Source of the DNA: an uncultured archaeon
GTDB lineage: Archaea; Iainarchaeota; Iainarchaeia; Iainarchaeales; JAAZKV01
Direction of reading: 5' to 3'
Assembly: GCA_964551375.1 (NCBI GenBank)
Contig: CAZKBG010000001.1
Coordinates: 897,329 to 929,328, forward strand
Length of the DNA: 32,000 nt
Shown here: positions 26,400 through 32,000 of the stretch, piece after piece
How positions within the stretch are numbered: position 1 is the first letter of the stretch
How the letters are laid out: every line of letters begins with the position of its first letter
Position numbers and translations under genes: made by a program
Notes under the pieces: model-generated
The model's database searches: none
Told to the model about the DNA's origin: nothing
Seen by the model: the letters and a program-made list of their open reading frames with translations, nothing else

Positions 26400-26870
26400 A
26401 TGGCGAAAAGCAATTACCAGGCAGAAGTTGGAAAAGCAAGCAAGACTGCAAGAGCAAAAATAAACAATGCTCCAATCTCAGTTAAATACTCTACTGAAAT
26501 CTGCAACAAAATAAAGACACGAAGAGTGAATGAGGTAATTGAATGGCTGAACAGAATCGAAGCCCACGAAGAATTCCTTCCGCTTAACAAATACCACAAG
26601 AAAGTTGCCCACAGAAAGGGAGACTCAAAGAGCGGAGAAAAAGCGGGAAGATTCCCTGAAAAAGTAGCAAGAGAATTTGTTAAATTACTTGAACTTGCAA
26701 AGTCAAACGCGGACTTCAAGGGATTTGACGCTGAAAAATTAATGATTATCCACGCATTCGCAAATATGGGGATGAACAGATACAGCTACCAGTCAAAAGG
26801 AAAAATAGCTGGAAAAGCAAGAAGAAGAAACGCGACAAACATAGAAGTAATCGTGCAGGAAGCAAAATAA
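26400..26870 (+). CDS. rpl22: Ribosomal protein L22 (uL22)
   Basis: Archaeal uL22 pattern and conserved position. The ATG at 26400 (MAKSNYQAEV) is preceded by GGTGAAGAAA. The tracked ORF opens at 26388. Confidence 0.92.
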   Translation: MAKSNYQAEVGKASKTARAKINNAPISVKYSTEICNKIKTRRVNEVIEWLNRIEAHEEFLPLNKYHKKVAHRKGDSKSGEKAGRFPEKVAREFVKLLELAKSNADFKGFDAEKLMIIHAFANMGMNRYSYQSKGKIAGKARRRNATNIEVIVQEAK

Positions 26871-26879
26871 ATTTGGAGA

Positions 26880-27788
26880 ATGAAATTTACAGGTGTCACA
26901 ATGATTGAACGAACATTCATACAAAAAAGTTTCAATAAAATGGAACTTGAAGAATACTTAACAAAGAAACTTGATAGAGCAGGCTTTTCGCACTTAGAAA
27001 TAATCAAGACACCTCTTGTAACAAGAATAGTTCTTTACGTTGCAAAGCCAGGGCTAGCAATCGGAAAAGGCGGATCGACTATAAAATTACTAACTGACAT
27101 TGTTGCAAAGAAATACAAAATAGACAATCCGCAGATTGAAATACAGGAAATAAAAAACCCTAACTTAAACGCTAAAATCCTTGCAGAAAGAATGGCTGGG
27201 ATGATACAGAGAGAATTCTCATGGAGAAGCATTGCATACAAATTAGTAAAAGATGTAATCGACTCTGGAGCCCAAGGAGTTGAACTTGTAGTTAAAGGAA
27301 AATTATCCGGAAAAGGCGGAAGAAAGAAAAAAGTAAGAATTGCATACGGATACATGAAGAAGCTTGGAGCACAGACTAAATGGGTTGACTCAGCAAAAGC
27401 AGCAGCATATCCAAAAGCTGGAGCAATAGGAATCAGACTGATGATAATACATCCTGATGTAATCTTCCCTGATAAAGTTGACGCTAAAAAAACAATTACA
27501 AAAATGAAAGCATCACAGATTGAAGCAAAAGAACAGCTTGAAAAGAAAGAAGCAAAAGCTGAAGTAACTGCTGAAGTTAAAACTGAAGCAAAAGTTGAAG
27601 CTAAGGCTGAAGTAAAAGCAGAAGCAAAAGCAGAAGAAAAGAAGGAAGCAAAACACGAACACAAAGAAGCTAAAAAAGAAGTTAAGCACGAACACAAGGA
27701 AGCAAAGAAGGAAGTAAAACACGAAGCAAAGGCAGAAGCGAAATCAGCTGAAGCAAAGTCAGATCCAGTGGCAGAGGAAAAGAAGTAA
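26880..27788 (+). CDS. rps3: Ribosomal protein S3 (uS3) with long KAE/His-rich C-terminal tail
   Basis: KPGLAIGKGGSTIKLLT (KH motif), QIEIQEIKNPNLNAKILAERMAGMIQREFSWR, GAQGVELVVKGKLSGKGGRKKKV. The last ~80 aa is a low-complexity tail. The start may be the internal ATG at 26901. Confidence 0.95.
   Translation: MKFTGVTMIERTFIQKSFNKMELEEYLTKKLDRAGFSHLEIIKTPLVTRIVLYVAKPGLAIGKGGSTIKLLTDIVAKKYKIDNPQIEIQEIKNPNLNAKILAERMAGMIQREFSWRSIAYKLVKDVIDSGAQGVELVVKGKLSGKGGRKKKVRIAYGYMKKLGAQTKWVDSAKAAAYPKAGAIGIRLMIIHPDVIFPDKVDAKKTITKMKASQIEAKEQLEKKEAKAEVTAEVKTEAKVEAKAEVKAEAKAEEKKEAKHEHKEAKKEVKHEHKEAKKEVKHEAKAEAKSAEAKSDPVAEEKK
27648..27730 (+). repeat. 33-nt tandem repeat in the rps3 tail (KHEHKEAKKEV units)
   Basis: AAACACGAACACAAAGAAGCTAAAAAAGAAGTT / AAGCACGAACACAAGGAAGCAAAGAAGGAAGTA / AAACACGAAGCAAAG... 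. Coordinates approximate. Confidence 0.7.
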
Positions 27789-27814
27789 GTTTGAAAATTT
27801 GAAAAGGGATATTT

Positions 27815-28027
27815 ATGACAAAAAAGCACCAGGAATTATTAAAAATGACTGAGAATGAGCTTAACGCTAGAGCCATAGAGCTAAAGCAGGACCTTGCAAA
27901 AGAAAGAGCGACAGTTGCAAGCGGAACAAGAAGCGAAAAACCTGGAAAAATAAGAAAAATACGAAGAGAAATAGCAAGAATACTTACCGCAATGAATGCA
28001 AAGAAAAAAAAGGGGGAAAGGAAGTAA
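27815..28027 (+). CDS. rpl29: Ribosomal protein L29 (uL29)
   Basis: Small helical protein with ...LKQDLAKERATVASGTRSEKPGKIRKIRREIARILTAMNAKKK, between rps3 and SUI1. Confidence 0.9.
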   Translation: MTKKHQELLKMTENELNARAIELKQDLAKERATVASGTRSEKPGKIRKIRREIARILTAMNAKKKKGERK

Positions 28028-28336
28028 ATGCAAGAAATTGACAAGATCAGCGGATTACCAAAGGATTTGTTTGACATTAGCAATATTGCTAAAGAACAGC
28101 AAAAAATCAAGGTTGATGTAATAAGGAGAAAATTCTCCAAATTCGTAACACTGGTAACAGGAATTGATGACAAAGACACAGTAAAAGAACTTGGAAAAGA
28201 AATGAAACAAAAATTTGCATGTGGCGGAACAGTAAAAGACAATGAAATTGAATTACAAGGGAAACACAAAAATAAGGTTGTAGAATTTTTGATTAAAAAA
28301 GGTTATAAGAAAGAATTAATCGAAGCAAGAGGATGA
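28028..28336 (+). CDS. Translation initiation factor 1 (SUI1/aIF1)
   Basis: IKVDVIRRKFSKFVTLVTGIDDKDTVKELGKEMKQKFACGGTVKDNEIELQGKHKNKVVEFLIKKG. Confidence 0.95.
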   Translation: MQEIDKISGLPKDLFDISNIAKEQQKIKVDVIRRKFSKFVTLVTGIDDKDTVKELGKEMKQKFACGGTVKDNEIELQGKHKNKVVEFLIKKGYKKELIEARG

Positions 28337-28346
28337 AAGTGGGAGG

Positions 28347-28649
28347 ATGATAAAGGAAAAAAAATACGAGATCACAAAGGAAAACCTATCGGCGCACGAA
28401 TTAATCGGCCTGAAGGTGAAAGTGATCAAAAGCAGCGACAATGCAAGGATTGGAATAAGCGGAATTATCGTTGATGAAACGCAAAATACGCTAAAAATCC
28501 AAGGCAAGCACAACGGCAAACAAAAAGAATTTATCATACCGAAAAAAGAATGTGAATTTGAATTTGAAATTGGAGATGAAAAGGTTATAATTAAAGGAAA
28601 TGAGATTGCAAAAAGACCGCAAGATCGAACAAAGGATTGGAGGAATTAA
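28347..28649 (+). CDS. rnp1: Ribonuclease P protein component 1 (Rpp29/Pop4)
   Basis: SAHELIGLKVKVIKSSDNARIGISGIIVDETQNTLKIQGKHNGKQKEFIIPKKECEFEFEIGDEKVIIKGNEIAKRPQDRTKD. Confidence 0.93.
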   Translation: MIKEKKYEITKENLSAHELIGLKVKVIKSSDNARIGISGIIVDETQNTLKIQGKHNGKQKEFIIPKKECEFEFEIGDEKVIIKGNEIAKRPQDRTKDWRN

Positions 28650-28651
28650 TG

Positions 28652-28987
28652 ATGGCTGAAAAGAAACCAAAGACAGAAAAGAAAAAGTCACAAGAGACAG
28701 TAATGCAAATGAAAAGAGAAGAAACTAAATTCCCGATTCGCGGAAACATATTCGAAGGAAGAGTAATCTCGGCAAAAGCAAACAAGACAGTTACAGTTGA
28801 AAGACAATTGACTCAGTACATAGCAAAGTACGAAAGGTACAAAAAAATCAGATCAAGAATTAAAGCGCACAACCCTGAAAGCATAAACGCAAAAGAAGGG
28901 GACTGGGTAAGAGCAGGAGAAACAAGAAGAATCTCAAAAACAAAGTCATTTGTAGTAATGGAAGTAATCAAGGGGCAGAGACAGTAA
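28652..28987 (+). CDS. rps17: Ribosomal protein S17 (uS17)
   Basis: IRGNIFEGRVISAKANKTVTVERQ...RYKKIRSRIKAHNPESINAKEGDWVRAGETRRISKTKSFVVMEV. Start chosen after the GGAGG SD. The tracked ORF opens at 28637. Confidence 0.95.
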   Translation: MAEKKPKTEKKKSQETVMQMKREETKFPIRGNIFEGRVISAKANKTVTVERQLTQYIAKYERYKKIRSRIKAHNPESINAKEGDWVRAGETRRISKTKSFVVMEVIKGQRQ

Positions 28988-29010
28988 GAGAATAAAATTT
29001 ATCGGTGATT

Positions 29011-29412
29011 ATGATGAGAGCAATGAGTATACTAAACAACAAAGGATTAACTCTACACAGCAGAATACTCTGCGCGGACAACTCAGGCGCAAAAGAAGTT
29101 GACATAATCTCAGTATTCGGATACAAGAGCAGGAAGAAACAGTACCCGGCTGCAGGAATAGGCGGACTTGTTAACGTTGTAGTTAAGAAAGGAAAGCCAG
29201 AAATGAAGGGAAAGATTGAAAGAGCTGTAATCATAAGAACAAGACAGCAGTTCAGACGCCCAAACGGAATGAGAGTTAAATTTGACGACAACGCAGTTGT
29301 TTTAGTTGATGAAGAAGGACTTCCAAAAGCATCAGAAATAAAAGGATGCGTAGCAAAGGAAGTAGGCGAAAGATTCCCAAAAGTTGCGGGACTAGCGCCA
29401 ATGGTAGTTTAA
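29011..29412 (+). CDS. rpl14: Ribosomal protein L14 (uL14)
   Basis: LHSRILCADNSGAKEVDIISVFGYKSRKKQYPAAGIGGLVNVVVKKGKPEMKGKIERAVIIRTRQQFRRPNGMRVKFDDNAVVLVDEEG. The tracked ORF opens at GTG 29005 inside the GGTGAT SD. Confidence 0.96.
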   Translation: MMRAMSILNNKGLTLHSRILCADNSGAKEVDIISVFGYKSRKKQYPAAGIGGLVNVVVKKGKPEMKGKIERAVIIRTRQQFRRPNGMRVKFDDNAVVLVDEEGLPKASEIKGCVAKEVGERFPKVAGLAPMVV

Positions 29413-29444
29413 ATTTAGAAATGGATGATTGAAAAGGTGAAAAG

Positions 29445-29801
29445 ATGAGCAAGAAACCAAGCAAGTCAAGGAAGCAGATGTACAACATGCCGATGCATAA
29501 AGTAGCAAAAGCAATGGCTGCGCATTTGAGCGAAAAGTTGGCAAAAGAGCTTGGAAAGAGATCAATCAGCCTGAGAAAAAATGACGTTGTTAAAATCATG
29601 CGAGGAGAATTTGCTGGAAAAGAAGGCAAAATAAAATCAGTTGAAAGAAAATCAAGAAAAGTTTTCATTGAAAAAATTGTTAAGAAGAAATCAAACGGAG
29701 CAGAAAGAGACGTTCCAATTGATTCATCAAATGTATTAATAGTTGACATTGACAGAACAGACAGAAAGAGATTTGCAAGCAAAAAGGAGGCGAAAGAATG
29801 A
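29445..29801 (+). CDS. rpl24: Ribosomal protein L24 (uL24)
   Basis: RSISLRKNDVVKIMRGEFAGKEGKIKSVERKSRKVFIEKIVKKKSNGAERDVPIDSSNVLIVDIDRTDRKR. Confidence 0.95.
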   Translation: MSKKPSKSRKQMYNMPMHKVAKAMAAHLSEKLAKELGKRSISLRKNDVVKIMRGEFAGKEGKIKSVERKSRKVFIEKIVKKKSNGAERDVPIDSSNVLIVDIDRTDRKRFASKKEAKE

Positions 29802-30508
29802 GCACTAAAGGAGAAAGCAAGAGATCAAAAGCAATCAGCATGCCAAAACAGATAAACATGGGAAGAAAAGGAAACTACTGGACAATAAGAGCTAAATCAG
29901 GCCCTCACAACAAAGAAACAGCGATGGCTTTAGGCTTAATAATTCGAGATTTCGCAAAAGTAGCAACTACGCTAAAAGAAGCAAAAGAAATTTTAAACAA
30001 CGGAGAAGTAAAGGTAAACGGAATAGTTCGAAACGAACACCAGTTCCCTGTTGGATTATTTGATATTGTATCAATAGAAAAGCAGAAATTATTTTTCAGA
30101 ATAATGCTTGACGACAAAGAGAGATTATTGGTAAAATTGCTGGATAAAAACAGCATGGAAAAAATAAGCAAAGTTTCATCAAAGATAATGACAAGCGACG
30201 GAATCCAAATAACAACAAACGATGGAAGAGTATACACGGGAATAAAAGCAAACGTAGGGGATTCGCTAAAAATTAAACTGCCTGAAGGAAAGGTTGAAGA
30301 AGTTCTTGAATTCAAGGACGGCTCTACAGCTTATCTTACAAAAGGAGCTCACTGCTCTGAACTGGCAACAGTAAAAGGAATAATTGAAGGAACAGCAAGA
30401 AGAGCAAAGCTTGTGAAACTTTCAAATGGAAAAGAAGATTTTGAAACAATAGCGGAAAATGTTTTCATAATCGGAAAAAATAAAGCAGCTCTAGCGGAGA
30501 TGCACTAA
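29798..30508 (+). CDS. rps4e: Ribosomal protein S4e (eS4)
   Basis: WTIRAKSGPHNKETAMALGLIIRDFAKVATTLKEAKEILNNGEVKVNGIVRNEHQFPVGLFDIVSIEK. Overlaps the rpl24 stop by 4 nt (ATGA). Confidence 0.96.
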   Translation: MSTKGESKRSKAISMPKQINMGRKGNYWTIRAKSGPHNKETAMALGLIIRDFAKVATTLKEAKEILNNGEVKVNGIVRNEHQFPVGLFDIVSIEKQKLFFRIMLDDKERLLVKLLDKNSMEKISKVSSKIMTSDGIQITTNDGRVYTGIKANVGDSLKIKLPEGKVEEVLEFKDGSTAYLTKGAHCSELATVKGIIEGTARRAKLVKLSNGKEDFETIAENVFIIGKNKAALAEMH

Positions 30509-30552
30509 ACAAAAGGACAAATGAAGAGGAAAATTGGATTTAAGTGAGTGTT

Positions 30553-31047
30553 ATGCAGGAAGTATTGTTGGATAAAGTTGTAGTAAATATGGGCGTAGGT
30601 TCTGAGCCCGAAGACATGAAGAAAGGCACATTGATAATGCAGTTAATCACTGGAATGAAGCCTGCTCAGACAATATCCCAAGCAAGAATACCTGACTGGG
30701 GACTAAGACCAGGAATTCCAATAGGAATAAAAGTAACGCTAAGGGACGAAAAAGCAATGGCATTTTTGAAAAAAGCATTCATAGCAAAGTCAAACAAGTT
30801 AGCTGAAAAAAGCTTTGACAAAGCGGGAAACTTTGGATTTGGAGTAAGAGAATATATTGACCTTCCTGACGCAAAGTATGACCCAAAACTTGGAATAAAA
30901 GGATTTGATGTTTTAGTATCACTGAAGAAAAAAGGATACAGAGTAAAACTAAGAGCGCTTAAGACAACAAAAGTAGGCGCAAAACAGAAGATTACAAAAG
31001 CGGAAGCAGTTCAATTCGTAAAAGACATGGGAATTGAGGTTGAATAA
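30553..31047 (+). CDS. rpl5: Ribosomal protein L5 (uL5)
   Basis: LLDKVVVNMGVGSEPEDMKKGTLIMQLITGMKPAQTISQARIPDWGLRPGIPIGIKVTLR. Confidence 0.95.
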   Translation: MQEVLLDKVVVNMGVGSEPEDMKKGTLIMQLITGMKPAQTISQARIPDWGLRPGIPIGIKVTLRDEKAMAFLKKAFIAKSNKLAEKSFDKAGNFGFGVREYIDLPDAKYDPKLGIKGFDVLVSLKKKGYRVKLRALKTTKVGAKQKITKAEAVQFVKDMGIEVE

Positions 31048-31063
31048 TTATTTTAAGAGGCAG

Positions 31064-31270
31064 ATGAATATGGTAGACTTTGAAGCAAAGGCTGTTCTTG
31101 TAAAGAGGAAGCAGAAATCAAAAAATGACAAGATGAAGAAAAGAACGCCTGGCGAAAGAGAATGCAAAATATGCGGAACAAGAAAAGGCATGATAAGAAA
31201 GTACAAAATGGGTATTTGCAGAAGATGCTTCAAAGAAAGAGCTAACGATTTAGGTTGGGAGAAATACTGA
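31064..31270 (+). CDS. rps14: Ribosomal protein S14 (uS14, zinc-ribbon type); start uncertain
   Basis: ECKICGTRKGMIRKYKMGICRRCFKERANDLGWEKY (CxxC...CxxC). The tracked ORF opens at 31034. The true start could be 31064 or as late as the ATG before KKRTPGERECKIC. Confidence 0.9.
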   Translation: MNMVDFEAKAVLVKRKQKSKNDKMKKRTPGERECKICGTRKGMIRKYKMGICRRCFKERANDLGWEKY

Positions 31271-31279
31271 GGTGATGAA

Positions 31280-31672
31280 ATGGCACAACAAGATCCAATA
31301 GTTGACGCACTCGCGAAGATAAGAAATTCAGAAGTGGCATCAAAGACAGAATGCACAGTTAAACCTGCCTCAAATTTCTTAGGCGACATACTGAAGATAG
31401 CAAAAGACAACGGTTACATTAACGACTACAAAAAAGAAGACGCAAACGGAATAATTTCATTTAATATACAATTAAGCGGAAAGATGAACGAATGCAAGGC
31501 AATAAAACCAAGATACGCTGTTAAGAAAACAGAGTTTGAAAAATACGAAAAAAGATACCTTCCTGCAAGAGATGTTGGACTATTAGTAGTATCAACTTCG
31601 CAAGGGTTAATGACTCACGCAGAAGCAAAGTCAAAGAAACTCGGAGGAAGACTAATTGCATTCATGTATTAA
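31280..31672 (+). CDS. rps8: Ribosomal protein S8 (uS8)
   Basis: DPIVDALAKIRNSEVASKTECTVKPASNFLGDILKIAKDNGYI...PARDVGLLVVSTSQGLMTHAEAKSKKLGGRLIAFMY. Confidence 0.96.
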   Translation: MAQQDPIVDALAKIRNSEVASKTECTVKPASNFLGDILKIAKDNGYINDYKKEDANGIISFNIQLSGKMNECKAIKPRYAVKKTEFEKYEKRYLPARDVGLLVVSTSQGLMTHAEAKSKKLGGRLIAFMY

Positions 31673-31702
31673 TGAACTTGCAAAAAACAATAGGTGATAA
31701 TT

Positions 31703-32000
31703 ATGGCTGGAACAATGATAAAGACAATAAAACTGCCAAGCGAAATACACGCAAGTCTTGAGGAAGGGCACTTGACTCTAAAAGGGCCTAAAGGAAGCCT
31801 GACAAGAGAATTCAAAAACTACAGACTAAAAGTTACAGCCCATGGAAATGAGGTTAAAATTGAAGGAACTCCAAACAACAAGCAGACATTAGTATTAATC
31901 GAAACACTTACAGCGCACATTAGAAACATGGTTGAAGGATTAATTTACGGTTACAAATACCAGTTGAAAGTTGTTTACTCGCACTTCCCAATGTCACTAG
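31703..32000 (+). CDS. rpl6: Ribosomal protein L6 (uL6), 3' truncated by window edge
   Basis: Translation from ATG 31703: MAGTMIKTIKLPSEIHASLEEGHLTLKGPKGSLTREFKNYRLKVTAHGNEVKIEG...ETLTAHIRNMVEGLIYGYKYQLKVVYSHFPM. SD GGTGAT upstream. Confidence 0.93.
   Translation, partial: MAGTMIKTIKLPSEIHASLEEGHLTLKGPKGSLTREFKNYRLKVTAHGNEVKIEGTPNNKQTLVLIETLTAHIRNMVEGLIYGYKYQLKVVYSHFPMSL

Noticed and set aside
27035-27829. 264-aa minus-strand ORF opposite rps3
   Set aside because: Cys/Phe/Ser/Ala-rich translation is the antisense shadow of KAE-rich S3 codons. It has no start context and overlaps a certain gene.

Overview
This is archaeal chromosomal DNA. Gene order and protein motifs look like a streamlined, DPANN-like archaeon, but the exact lineage is not assigned. 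The + strand carries an interrupted str/S10/spc-type transcription/translation supercluster: rpoA2 (5' truncated), rpl30e, a NusA-like KH gene, rps12, rps7, aEF2, aEF1A, rps10, then rpl3-rpl4-rpl23-rpl2-rps19-rpl22-rps3-rpl29-SUI1-rnp1-rps17-rpl14-rpl24-rps4e-rpl5-rps14-rps8-rpl6 (3' truncated). Three blocks of unrelated genes interrupt it. Block 1 (antisense) is an alpha/beta hydrolase, AlaX, and a Fic protein with degraded catalytic motifs. Block 2 (antisense) is an amidohydrolase and an orphan basic protein. Block 3 is ferritin, a ~1.5 kaa GLUG-repeat surface protein, a guanine-deaminase-like protein, archease, RtcB, a multi-TM protein, and a secreted Ig-like-domain protein with a C-terminal anchor. 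The best second-look items are: the Fic protein lacking the catalytic His and the GNGR motif; a 246-250-aa higher-order repeat and a probable AUU start in the GLUG gene; long structured mRNA leaders upstream of aEF1A, rpl3 and rps12, two of which share an 11-nt element; and Lys/Ala/Glu(/His)-rich tails on several ribosomal proteins, including a pair facing each other across the rpl4/rpl23 junction. I see no CRISPR array, transposase, tRNA or rRNA, and no convincing defence system.
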